Shown: piece by piece, positions 17,959 through 27,642 of the stretch
How positions within the stretch are numbered: the stretch's first letter is position 1
Layout: every line of letters starts with the position of its first letter
NCBI GenBank assembly: GCA_963691875.1
Contig: OY829846.1
Span: 4,160,001-4,224,000, forward strand
Reading direction: 5' to 3'
Source: Aureliella sp.
GTDB taxonomy: Bacteria; Planctomycetota; Planctomycetia; Pirellulales; Pirellulaceae
Length of the DNA: 64,000 nt
Made by a program: the position numbers and the translations under genes
Notes under the pieces: generated by a model
The model's database searches: none
What the model was told of the DNA's origin: nothing
The model's input: the letters and a program-made list of their open reading frames with translations, nothing else

Positions 17959-20312
17959 TATGGATTTCCTACGAACTCTTGCGAGCTAAGTAACGCCCAG
18001 AGAAAGTCCTCGAGCCGGCTTTCGATGGCTGTTTGTTGCTGTTCAGTGCTCAGGTCCTCGCGTGTTTTGAATTCTGCTGACCAAAACTCCATCTCAGCTG
18101 AGCTTGGTTGGCGTTGTAGAGCAAGCAGGTAAAACTCGGATATTATATCCAACGCCTGGCTATTAGACTCCTGCCTCAAAAGCCCACCTAATCGCCCGCG
18201 TTTAGCCGAGATGCGATCATTCAGCAGACCGCCGTTGAGCATGTGTAGCTTGGTTGGAAGTCCGCCCGCGACTTCGGCTGAACCTTCGCAGGAATCGGTA
18301 CGATCACAGCGTCCAAGCACGTCCAGCGAACGCGAGGGAGTGCGAGGGTTCATTAAAGCAATCGCCCGTGTTCCCAGCTCCTCGTCTCCGTATTTCTCTG
18401 GCAAGCCTAGGATATCGCTAATGGCGTCAGCAAGAACCTCTGGACCGAGCGGCTCTCGAACAGCGTGTGAATAGAAGCGATCATCGGCGGCATTGCTAAC
18501 TAGCACAGCTGAACTACGCGAATAAGCCTGGCTGCTGGCAATCAGCATGAGTGTGTGTCGAAGGTCGTAGCCGTGTTCAACAAAGTTCTTCGCAAGTTTA
18601 TCAAGCAATTCGGGATGCGTGGCTGGATTCGTAGCTCGCAAATCGTCAACTGGCTCGATCAGCCCGCGACCCATCATGTGCTTCCACAGTCGGTTCACGA
18701 TAGCTTTGGCAAAGTATGGGTTTTCGGTTGCAGTGAGCCAGTCTACTAGCTGCACGCGCTTATCTACCTTGCCGCTTTTCAGAAACTCACCACCCGGGAT
18801 GCGTGGGATTGCTGGTTCTAGCGTTCGCGGATGCGTAACTTCTCCATCAGGCTTGATGGAAACGTTGTCACCCAGGCGCATCTTTGCGAAAATGGCCGCC
18901 AGCCCGTGGTAGTCATGTTGAGTCCATCGGTCGAGCGGATGATTGTGGCAATTGGCGCATCGCATGCGACTGCCCATGAAGAGCTCGCTGAAAAGTTCTG
19001 CTTGTTCCCGAGCGTTGGTAACCGTTCGATAGAAATTGGCGGGCCCTACCTCGCGCGTATTACCTTCCGACAAGACCATTTGCGCTGCAAGTTCCTTGTA
19101 GCTGGTTCCCTTGCGGAGTTGTTCCGCTAACCAAGTGTGGTAGCGGTTCGAGCTGCCGGTACCAAGGCTTGCATCGCGTGCGGTACCAGGGCTGACTCGA
19201 AAGATTTTAGCCAGCTGCAGACTCCAGTATTGGACAAATTCCTCCGACGCGAGTATCCGCTTCAAATACTTAGAGCGGTCGAAAGGCTCTTTGGAACCAG
19301 AGGAAGGCATTCGCTCTGCTCGAAGCGACTCCTCGATCACAAAGGGTAAGCGTCCCGTGAGATCCAGGCTAACGCGGCGTCGGAATGCGTTATCGTCGAT
19401 CGCTTGAGACTTGGGCAGTCCTAAGATGCTGAGTGATCGTTCGATTTCAACGTCAATAAATCCCAATCGCTTGGAGTTCGAACTGGTCTGAGCTGTTTCT
19501 GCCGATGAGTTTAATGGCGTCAGGAGTTCGATCGGCTGTACTTCGGTCAAATAGCGGGCGACGACAATTTGGCGTCCGCGACGGAGGATCTTTGCATTGG
19601 ATTTTTCGTCGATGTCGATTCCCGAATCATCCTCAGGAGTGAACACGGTCCAGCGAGTGACTTCGCGACGAGATCCATCACTGTAGTGAGCAAAGGAGCG
19701 AAGCTGGACCTTGTCATTGATTTGTTCAAAAACATGGCGGCGTGGTTGGACTTCTACGCGTAGCAATTTTCGCTGCGGTTGCTGCTGGGCTCCTTGCCGA
19801 ATCCATTCGAGCAAAAGTCGCTCGTTTTCAGCGCCTTCTTCAATCAAGTAGCCGCCTTCGTGAGTGATCGATTCAGAGGGCTTCAAGTAGATCAGGCTCT
19901 GGTCAGGTCTGAAGAGGTTGACTCGTCTTCCCTCCAGTTCCTGCACAATCGCGTGATAGTCGGCAGCGGGATTACCGCCATAGAGTGACAACTTGAAGCC
20001 GCCGCGTCCAATAGCCGCGCCGTGGCATGCACCAACGTTACAGCCGAGTTTGGTAAAGACTGGAATCAGGTCGTTTTCAAAGTCAACTAGAGTAGGTTCT
20101 TTGGCGGAAAGTGGGAGTGCATGTACACAGAGAAGGGCGAGTGTGAGGCACACGAGGAGTGAGGGTTTGCCTGGGGTCGCGGATTTCAGCCGCGGTGCGT
20201 TAGCCCCGGTTCTAGTGGGTGATGGTTGGCCTGCTGAGTTGAGCATGAGATAATTTTGTGTTTGATGTGGAAGGTAGATCCGAAACAAATCTGTTCGCAT
20301 ATGGATTTCCAT
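17958..20312 (-). CDS. DUF1549/DUF1553 (PSD1-type) planctomycete protein with Ig-like domain
   Basis: GCNVGACHG, FRRRVSLDLTGRLP, CANCHNHP, NRLWKHMMGRGLIEPVDD, HPELLD. Start uncertain because a REP element overlaps the 5' end. Confidence 0.9.
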   Translation of the reverse strand: MEIHMRTDLFRIYLPHQTQNYLMLNSAGQPSPTRTGANAPRLKSATPGKPSLLVCLTLALLCVHALPLSAKEPTLVDFENDLIPVFTKLGCNVGACHGAAIGRGGFKLSLYGGNPAADYHAIVQELEGRRVNLFRPDQSLIYLKPSESITHEGGYLIEEGAENERLLLEWIRQGAQQQPQRKLLRVEVQPRRHVFEQINDKVQLRSFAHYSDGSRREVTRWTVFTPEDDSGIDIDEKSNAKILRRGRQIVVARYLTEVQPIELLTPLNSSAETAQTSSNSKRLGFIDVEIERSLSILGLPKSQAIDDNAFRRRVSLDLTGRLPFVIEESLRAERMPSSGSKEPFDRSKYLKRILASEEFVQYWSLQLAKIFRVSPGTARDASLGTGSSNRYHTWLAEQLRKGTSYKELAAQMVLSEGNTREVGPANFYRTVTNAREQAELFSELFMGSRMRCANCHNHPLDRWTQHDYHGLAAIFAKMRLGDNVSIKPDGEVTHPRTLEPAIPRIPGGEFLKSGKVDKRVQLVDWLTATENPYFAKAIVNRLWKHMMGRGLIEPVDDLRATNPATHPELLDKLAKNFVEHGYDLRHTLMLIASSQAYSRSSAVLVSNAADDRFYSHAVREPLGPEVLADAISDILGLPEKYGDEELGTRAIALMNPRTPSRSLDVLGRCDRTDSCEGSAEVAGGLPTKLHMLNGGLLNDRISAKRGRLGGLLRQESNSQALDIISEFYLLALQRQPSSAEMEFWSAEFKTREDLSTEQQQTAIESRLEDFLWALLSSQEFVGNP

Positions 20313-20341
20313 TGAATCGGAGCTAACGCTCAGCGGCTAAA
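20184..20341. repeat. REP-like inverted repeat pair (family A) flanking an ~100-nt spacer
   Basis: Left arm TTTCAGCCGCGGTGCGTTAGCCCCGGTTC (20184-20212); right arm GAATCGGAGCTAACGCTCAGCGGCTAAA (20314-20341) is its near reverse complement. Confidence 0.75.
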
Positions 20342-20350
20342 GTTGTGAGC

Positions 20351-21802
20351 TTACGTCTTGGTGTCCCCATATTTTGCCGCGCGATCGCGTTCGTGCAAAG
20401 TTCGATCTTTGTATCGGCCAGGGCGATGGGGCGTGTGGCTTGTCTTCGCGATCTCGATCATCTTCTGGACCAAGTCCGCTTGCTCCTCGGCCAAGTCTTT
20501 CGATTCATTCAGGTCAGTGCTGAGATCGTATAGTTCCCAGGCATCGCCCTTCCTAGCTTGAATTCCTTTCCAGTTGCCAATCCGAACAGCAACTTGATTC
20601 TGGTGCTCCCAGTACAAGAATTCGTGTTCTTCCTGAGTGCGGCCAACTGCTTCTTCGCCAACGATGGTGGGCAGAATCGAGAGACCGTCAACTTCTTTCG
20701 GCACGGATGCACCGGCGAGCTCTGCTAGCGTTGGGAATACGTCAGCTTGGTAACAAAGCAGATCGGAAACTTGGTTTTCTGCGATCCTGCCCGGCCAGCG
20801 AACGATGAAGGGAATCCTCAAGCCGCCCTCGTACAAATTTCCTTTGCCGCCGCGAAATGCGACGCCTGTCTTCGGGTTGACATTCGGTCCAAAGAAACCT
20901 CTCGGATGTTTCTTGCTCTTGAAGCGATCTTGTCCCCCGTTGTCACCGGTAAAGAAGACGATCGTGTTGTCTTCTAAATCCAGTTCTTTCAGTAAGTCCA
21001 AGACTTGACCGACGTTGTTGTCGACCATGGTAACCATTGCCGCGTAGTTCTTGGTGTCTTGCGAAATCGACTCGTCCTTTACCCAAGCATCGTCCTCGTA
21101 CTGTTTCCAGGCTGGGTCATCCGCAGGAATGTCATACATCCCGTGAGGCGGTGTGATGGGGAAATAGCAGAAAAAGGGGCGGTCTTTGTTTTCGCGGATG
21201 AACTTTAGGCCTTCACGCATGATCTCGTAGTGCGTGTAGGTTTCGCCTTTGCGACCACCGAGATTCTTTGGCAGCGGAACTTCTTTACTTTGGCGAATTA
21301 AGTATGGCGGGAAGAACGAGTGTGCGTGCACTTGATCGTAGTAACCAAAGAAATCATCAAAGCCGTGATTCTCCGGTACCCCATCGGAGCCTCGACCGCC
21401 AATGCCCCATTTGCCGTAGCCGCCCGTTGCGTAGCCAGCATCCTGAAGCGCCTGAGCGATGGTGACTTCGTCGCTGCGTAGCGAACATGCAGGGCCGTTG
21501 CCGCGGACAGAAGCGTGTCCCATATGTTTTCCTGTCATCAGCCCGCAGCGGAGTGAGGCACAAACGGGTGACACTGCAAGAGCTTGTGTGAAACGGAGGC
21601 CTTGCTTGGCCATCTCATCGATGCGCGGCGAGTGGATATAAGGATTGCCAACGTGACCCAGCTCAAAGTATGCCAGCTCGTCGGACATGATGAAGACGAT
21701 GTTGGGAGGACGTTTTCCTTCGTCGTTCTCCGCCGAGTATGCTGGCAAAGCAAGGAAGAGAAGCAGGTAAATCTTCGGGATTAAAAAGCGGTGCATGGTC
21801 AT
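20351..21802 (-). CDS. Arylsulfatase (S1 family)
   Basis: PNIVFIMSDE, active-site variant CASLRCGLMTG, GKWG, GDNG, ELYDL. Start reset to MTMHRF, which gives a signal peptide. Confidence 0.9.
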   Translation of the reverse strand: MTMHRFLIPKIYLLLFLALPAYSAENDEGKRPPNIVFIMSDELAYFELGHVGNPYIHSPRIDEMAKQGLRFTQALAVSPVCASLRCGLMTGKHMGHASVRGNGPACSLRSDEVTIAQALQDAGYATGGYGKWGIGGRGSDGVPENHGFDDFFGYYDQVHAHSFFPPYLIRQSKEVPLPKNLGGRKGETYTHYEIMREGLKFIRENKDRPFFCYFPITPPHGMYDIPADDPAWKQYEDDAWVKDESISQDTKNYAAMVTMVDNNVGQVLDLLKELDLEDNTIVFFTGDNGGQDRFKSKKHPRGFFGPNVNPKTGVAFRGGKGNLYEGGLRIPFIVRWPGRIAENQVSDLLCYQADVFPTLAELAGASVPKEVDGLSILPTIVGEEAVGRTQEEHEFLYWEHQNQVAVRIGNWKGIQARKGDAWELYDLSTDLNESKDLAEEQADLVQKMIEIAKTSHTPHRPGRYKDRTLHERDRAAKYGDTKT

Positions 21803-22178
21803 TTGCGATGGTGGTGGTTTGCGATTTTCAACGTGGCTTGTGAGGTGGATACCTGGCAAATAAAGATCGTGGAGTTTGTGCAAGGATTCGACAAAAGTCA
21901 CGCAAAGAGGGCGTGGGAGCGATTGACGGGTCTGGCTGGTCCTCTGAGACTGCTGTGTGGGGCTGATTCTGACTTTTAGTGATCGCTCGATCATACCAGC
22001 GCTCACATTCAGCATAACTGAGGCGAGCCATTGCCGCTGGCGGGAATTCGTCGTCGGAATGAATGTCCAAGACTAAAATGCAACTTCCTGGCCTTTGGCG
22101 GGTTAACAAATGATGTGTCGTAGTAAATACGACTAGTGTCTAGACTTTGGATGGGTTCGGCTTCAGGTGGGGACTAAA

Positions 22179-23105
22179 ATGCGTTACTTCGCTCAATTCT
22201 TGTTGTTCGTATGTGTTTTGTCTCCCTCGGGCTGGGCCGAGACGCGAGAGTGGAGTTGCCCCGCAGGAAAATTTAAAGTTACCGGTGAAGCCATTGCTTT
22301 CAGCGACGACATGGTGGTGCTGAAGAAGAAGTCCGGTGAGCTCATCGCTCTTGAACTCGAGCAGCTTTGCGACGCGGATAAAAAATTTGTAGCTGAGCAA
22401 CAGAAAGAAGAGGGAAAACAGGAAAAGAAGCCGGAAGAGATGCACACTTGGACGACCAAGGATGGCTTGAAAGTCCGCGGTCAAGTTGTCTCCTACGGCC
22501 AAAAGGAGCTTGTCATTGAGCGTAAACGCGGCAAAGTCGTCGTAGATGGCGATTCCTTTGAGGACATCGATTCTTTGCATCAAGGAGTACTTCTCAGAAT
22601 TCTGTCTCGTCTAGAGAAGACTAAGCTCTCTGACCAGAAGAGCCTTGAAGAGTGGGCGCGAAAGAAAGTCAAAGGCACGCCGAAGAAATTCGAGCTGAGT
22701 GGGGTGCTGATGCGGCTTGAAAGTGGTGACATGGTGGGGATGCCCTTCTTCATGTTTGATCCCAAAGAGCTTGAGATTCTGAAGCCAGGTTGGGAGTTAT
22801 GGTTAGAAAAGAAGGAAAGCGAGGAGGCCCGCAAGCGCGAAGACTTCTTGATGCGAACGCAAGCCATGGCCTATCAACGCGATCGTGCTATCAGTCAGAA
22901 GATTGAGATGGTCAAACTTGACCTGCTTGGTGCAACTGCTGGTGTGGTCGATATCTGGCAGGTCAGCCTAGTGCCTCGCCCTGGTGTTCGGGCACGGCCG
23001 TTCAGCGTTATGGTAACCGCTGATAATAATGTCATCGCGCAACAGATCGCTCAGAAGAATTATCCGAAGTTTGTAGTAGGTGGGACGCGCCGCGCCAGCC
23101 GCTAA
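22179..23105 (+). CDS. SHD1 (SLA1 homology domain 1) containing exported protein
   Basis: Signal peptide; REWS..GKFKVTGE...LEQLCDADKKFV SHD1 pattern with a second partial repeat (HTWTTKDG). Confidence 0.75.
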   Translation: MRYFAQFLLFVCVLSPSGWAETREWSCPAGKFKVTGEAIAFSDDMVVLKKKSGELIALELEQLCDADKKFVAEQQKEEGKQEKKPEEMHTWTTKDGLKVRGQVVSYGQKELVIERKRGKVVVDGDSFEDIDSLHQGVLLRILSRLEKTKLSDQKSLEEWARKKVKGTPKKFELSGVLMRLESGDMVGMPFFMFDPKELEILKPGWELWLEKKESEEARKREDFLMRTQAMAYQRDRAISQKIEMVKLDLLGATAGVVDIWQVSLVPRPGVRARPFSVMVTADNNVIAQQIAQKNYPKFVVGGTRRASR

Positions 23106-23192
23106 CGTTTTGGATGCGCCCTAGCTTGTAGACGTGACGCCGCAATCGTCGATATCGGTATGCCAGAGATTGATGGCTTAAAGGTAGCTCGT

Positions 23193-23965
23193 TCAACTCG
23201 GCAGGATTCTCAGCCGGATCACACTTATCTCATTGCTAATAAAACGGACCATACTCTTGATCCCCAATAGCGGAGATTTGAAGGCGTGCGAGGTTCGGTA
23301 CAAAATGCTTTACAGCGCTCCGTGCGTGCGTTCCAGAGAATGTTCTGTTTCTAAACGTCCTTGGTAATCTCTGCCAACGCTTTGGGCCATCAAACAGCTG
23401 CAGAATCCTACAAGAAATGCCTTCGAAATCACGAGAACTAGGACGGCCATGGAGACGGCGCTAACGCTGCGTTCTACCGCGGGTTCAAATTCCACCGAGT
23501 TGCGATTGAAGCCCGCTACCTTAGCCAGCTGTATGGTGACGAGCTTCTTGCGCGATCGACTACCGGATTCAAACTGGTAGAGAGCGGCGAGTGTTTCATC
23601 GGCCAGCGCGATGTATTCTTAACAGATGGTGACAGCACTGGAGGTCCCACGTCTGAATTGACCATGCGTTTCATCAAGCCAAGAATTTCGATGCAATCCG
23701 CGTGTTGTTAACGTACCAGAACGAGTTCGTTCCGGAGTTCATCAACCGGTTGATTTGCGCTATCGCGAAAACTTCGGAGTTCATTGCTGAAGGAGTAGTT
23801 GTGCTTGAGTTGCAGCATGTTGAGCTCGTGCGTCTTGGCCCACTTTGTAATATCAATTGCTCCGACAACTGCAAAGATAGCTGAGACCACGATCATGATG
23901 CTCAGCAGCCGCAGCCGCGACGCAACGGTCCATTTTTCTTTGAATGGCAATTCTCTAACCTGCAT
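23193..23965 (-). pseudogene. Decayed membrane-bound sensor histidine kinase (N-terminal part)
   Basis: TM1, periplasmic domain, TM2 and H-box-like YRTSHAFKSPLLGIKSM (near 23286-23300), broken by several TAA codons and frameshifts; no ATPase domain follows. Confidence 0.7.
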
Positions 23966-24189
23966 TGAATTGGCCGGACTTGGAGATTTGCATTAATTGG
24001 CTTCAAGCCTGTTGGAAACTGGAATTCGTTTGCTTGACATATCACTACCCCTAGTAGCAGCACTTTTGGTGGCAGGCGGAGCGGAATGACTTGATTGCGT
24101 CAGTCGGAAAGCACGGCTGGTGGAAAACCCGAACCAATGAGATACTTTGACAGCGTTTTCTAGCCCTGTTCCCAACCAGAGTTCAATCC

Positions 24190-24915
24190 ATGCAAATCTG
24201 GCCCGCAATTGATCTACTTGGCGGCAAGTGTGTACGGCTCCAGCAAGGCGACTACCAGCGAGAGACGGTGTTTTCTGATTCGCCAGTAGAAATGGCGCTG
24301 CGTTGGAAAGAAGCTGGCACCAAGTACTTGCACTTAGTCGATCTCGATGGGGCCAAGGATGGTAGCCAGGTGAACGGTGAGGTCATTCGGCAGATAGTCG
24401 CCGGATCTGGCTTAATCTGCCAAGTCGGCGGAGGGGTTCGAAATGAAGAAACGATTCAGCGACTGCTTAGTCTCGGGCTGAATCGCGTGATTGTAGGCAC
24501 GCGAGCATTGCGTGAACCGGAATGGTTTGCGAAGATGGCCGACAAGTATCCGAAACAATTGGTTCTTGGTATCGATGCTCGCGATGGCATGGTCGCTACC
24601 GAGGGCTGGCTTGAAACCTCCTCGACCAGCTCCGTTTCGCTTGCCCAGCAGATCGCCGGGCAGACAGACCAAGTCGCCGCGATCGTCTACACCGATATTG
24701 CCCGCGACGGCATGCTTTCGGGTCCCAACTTCGAGCAGCTCGAAGAAATGAAGTCGGCTACTGCGATTCCCATCGTTGCTTCCGGCGGTGTGACCACGCT
24801 GGATGACATCATGCAGTTGAGTGCATCTAATACTCACGCCGCTATCATCGGCCGAGCTATCTATGACGGGAACCTTGATCTGGTTGATGTCCTGAACACT
24901 TGCCCGCAAGGCTAA
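24190..24915 (+). CDS. hisA: ProFAR isomerase (histidine biosynthesis)
   Basis: WPAIDLLGGKCVRLQQGDY, LHLVDLDGA, QVGGGVR, YTDIARDGMLSGPN, ASGGV. Confidence 0.96.
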   Translation: MQIWPAIDLLGGKCVRLQQGDYQRETVFSDSPVEMALRWKEAGTKYLHLVDLDGAKDGSQVNGEVIRQIVAGSGLICQVGGGVRNEETIQRLLSLGLNRVIVGTRALREPEWFAKMADKYPKQLVLGIDARDGMVATEGWLETSSTSSVSLAQQIAGQTDQVAAIVYTDIARDGMLSGPNFEQLEEMKSATAIPIVASGGVTTLDDIMQLSASNTHAAIIGRAIYDGNLDLVDVLNTCPQG

Positions 24916-24957
24916 CGGCTTCGCTGGAGTGCTGAAGCCAGCATTCAACGAAGTGAT

Positions 24958-26241
24958 CTACTTGTTGTTTGGTATTTGCAATGGTGTGTCTAGGTCGTTG
25001 GTGTATTTTTCAAGGAACAGAGTGAATTCAGACTTGGCTTGAGATAGGGCTTGCTGAGTCGCAGCTCCATGTTGCATCGCCAAGTCGACTCGGTCCGCTG
25101 CACCGGGGAGCAATTTCGAGATGAGATCGACGGCTTGTTTGACCTGAGGATCTTGCTTGAGTTGAGCGACATCACCGACTGCTTGCTGATTCACATTGGA
25201 AGTCGAAGTGTTGTTTCTGAGTTCGAACCAGTTTCCTGGCTCTTCCATGACAAAGAAATGGCTGTGAACTTTGACACTCGAGGAAGTCATGCTTTGCTCC
25301 AGGCGAACAACGAAGACCCCACGAAAACCATCTTTTTCTGCTTCGGTTGTGATCTTCTTTGACCAGCTCTTGTTCTCGCGATCCTTCTTGAACTTCTGAA
25401 ACTCAGGCAGACCCAAGTCGATACCCACTTGAGTTATTGCGTTAGCGCCACCGCGTGCCAAGAGTTGTGCTGCTAAAGCTGTCATGTCGACCTGTTCATC
25501 AAGACGAAGCAGAGTCGAGCCGGTTCCCTGGTACTCGAGTGGCTCTCGCATGTGGTACTCAAGAATTGCTTTTCGCGCAGCCCATTCTTTCTCTGACTGT
25601 GTAACGCTCTTCGGCAGCTCGTCAGCCAAGTCGACTTGTTGCTCGGTCCATTTTTTATCCGCTTCAGCAAGACGCTTTCGAAGAATGGATGCGGGTGTGG
25701 TGACGATGTTTTCGATGCCCCGGCCATAGGCGATGCCGGCCACAAAACGGTTGTTGCGACTAGCTTGTTTGAGATCCTGGATTTCATCCAGTTCGAGGTG
25801 GAACAGCATGAACAAGGCGTCGTTGGGTTCGTTGCTGTTGTCATCGGACGCAAACTCGATCTTGTCTCTTTTGTACTTTAAGAATCGCACCAGACCTTCG
25901 CTTTTCGGGTCGTCTTTCCGTTCGTCAATCCACTGATCAATTCGCTCGAGCAGCACTTTGCCGGTCTGCTTTCGTTCCTTCTGTTCTCTTGTTGATTCTC
26001 GTTCAAACAGTTTCGGGTGCGTCTGTTTGAGCCATTTGCGCTCGACCGCAAAGGTTACTAGGCCATCCTCATTCTTGCCAAGCGAGAATCCATATAGTTT
26101 TTCGCCAGAGGTAAGAAGTAAGTAATCAACTCCCAGTCGTTGGTGTTTCACTGTGGGCAGTTGGGCGAATCCAGCTGTGGTAATACAGGACCAGCATGCT
26201 AATAAGAGGCAACCGAATCGAGTAGTGCGATGAACCTGCAT
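24958..26241 (-). CDS. Exported hypothetical protein
   Basis: Long ORF; signal peptide from MQVHRTT (26241). The upstream extension of the called ORF is a translated REP element. Confidence 0.7.
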   Translation of the reverse strand: MQVHRTTRFGCLLLACWSCITTAGFAQLPTVKHQRLGVDYLLLTSGEKLYGFSLGKNEDGLVTFAVERKWLKQTHPKLFERESTREQKERKQTGKVLLERIDQWIDERKDDPKSEGLVRFLKYKRDKIEFASDDNSNEPNDALFMLFHLELDEIQDLKQASRNNRFVAGIAYGRGIENIVTTPASILRKRLAEADKKWTEQQVDLADELPKSVTQSEKEWAARKAILEYHMREPLEYQGTGSTLLRLDEQVDMTALAAQLLARGGANAITQVGIDLGLPEFQKFKKDRENKSWSKKITTEAEKDGFRGVFVVRLEQSMTSSSVKVHSHFFVMEEPGNWFELRNNTSTSNVNQQAVGDVAQLKQDPQVKQAVDLISKLLPGAADRVDLAMQHGAATQQALSQAKSEFTLFLEKYTNDLDTPLQIPNNK

Positions 26242-26269
26242 GGCTAAGATCCGATATGAAACATGATGA

Positions 26270-26294
26270 ATCATAACCCGAAGCGTGAGCAAGG
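26270..26294. repeat. REP-like half element (family B)
   Basis: ATCATAACCCGAAGCGTGAGCAAGG, matching the arms at 38306-38380 and 57715-57737. Confidence 0.65.
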
Positions 26295-26408
26295 AAAGTC
26301 GGCTATGCCCAAGCATGCCGGCGCCTGTGGCTGGGCGTTAAACAGCTGGCCGATTCGCCCATGTCTTAATTCACTCACTTGCGCATCGTACTTATATTAT
26401 AGGCTTGA

Positions 26409-27443
26409 TTAGCGATCGAGTTGCTGTACTTTTTTTTCTGCCTGTGACTTAGCGGCTTGCCATACTTGCTCTAGCGACACAGCTGCGCCGTCTCGTTGTT
26501 TGGACACATCGGCAGCTTGCATGAAAGCGAAAATCTCCAGGGTCTCTTTCGGGCTGACTGGAGCGTCCCCGCCCGCAAAGAACTTACCGATCTCAACAAC
26601 TAAAGGTGCGTAGCCTTCGTACTTCGCACTTCCGTCTATCCCCATACTTCCGAAAACTTGCATTCCGTATCCCGACTTTCCACTTCGAACTCCACGAAAA
26701 GTTCCGATGCGGCCGTCTTCCCAAGTCCCTATTACCAATTCAAAGTCAGCTTGATGAATGCGACTTACACTTTTGCAGCCGGTTCCCATTGCGGTGTAAA
26801 GTGTTTCGACTCCGTGAACGCCGTACCAATTCAAATCCGTGTGTGTTTTCTCCAAAGCGCAGGGACTCCATGCTGAAGCACCCAAGACCTCGCCCACACT
26901 CGGCACACCCTGGCGGAATTTCAGGATGCTGGGGCTGAAGCGAAGAGAAGAACTGCTGAACCAACGTGCTTTGTATTTTTGGGCGAGCAAATCGATCGTG
27001 ATAGCATCGGTTAGATCGGCCGCTAATGGCTTGTCGATAAACACGGGCTTTCCCGCTCGGAATACAGGAACGACTTGAGGCAAGTGTTTGCGACCGTCCA
27101 CGCTTTCTAGTAGCACTGCATCGACTTGTTCCAGTAGCTCATCGATCGAATCGACGATCTCAATGCCCAGGCCGCGCAGCTCCTCGGTGAACTTGCCGAC
27201 GCGATCACGACTGGAAGCAATGTCGGGGCTGCCACCAGGAAAGGCAGCGGTGACTCGCATGTTTGCCAAGGGCCCCGTGGCATCGTTGGCATTGATTAAT
27301 TTCGTGAAGGCAGGGCAGTGTGATGTGTCTAGGCCAATGATGCCGATACGAATTGTTTGTGGCTTGTCAGAAGTCTGCGCGAATGCGAAAGCAGCTTGAA
27401 AGCCGAGTAGGATGAGAGAGGAAAACGATCTTAAGGTGAACAT
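26409..27443 (-). CDS. Gfo/Idh/MocA family oxidoreductase
   Basis: IRIGIIGLDTSH, FIDKPLA, WYGVHGVE. Confidence 0.88.
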   Translation of the reverse strand: MFTLRSFSSLILLGFQAAFAFAQTSDKPQTIRIGIIGLDTSHCPAFTKLINANDATGPLANMRVTAAFPGGSPDIASSRDRVGKFTEELRGLGIEIVDSIDELLEQVDAVLLESVDGRKHLPQVVPVFRAGKPVFIDKPLAADLTDAITIDLLAQKYKARWFSSSSLRFSPSILKFRQGVPSVGEVLGASAWSPCALEKTHTDLNWYGVHGVETLYTAMGTGCKSVSRIHQADFELVIGTWEDGRIGTFRGVRSGKSGYGMQVFGSMGIDGSAKYEGYAPLVVEIGKFFAGGDAPVSPKETLEIFAFMQAADVSKQRDGAAVSLEQVWQAAKSQAEKKVQQLDR

Positions 27444-27642
27444 GAGTTATCTAAACGAATAATAGGAAGACAGGTTGCTGTTCGTTCTTGGGGTGGTCTC
27501 TATCCATTCGCGGCTATCACCACAACGCTTCCATTGTTGAGGAAGAGTGACTAGCGGCAAACGGCGAGTGGTCAAAACGTCGGTTCTCGAATTGGCGCAA
27601 TCGCCTAAGATGATTGTTAAGGATACTCGATTTGGAACGCCG

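Noticed and set aside
21828..22109. 93-aa ORF upstream of the sulfatase
   Set aside because: No recognisable motif or RBS. It cannot be supported from sequence alone, though not excluded.
23455..23480. GCTAACGC match as another family A REP
   Set aside because: It has no flanking arm and lies within the reading frame of the kinase pseudogene.
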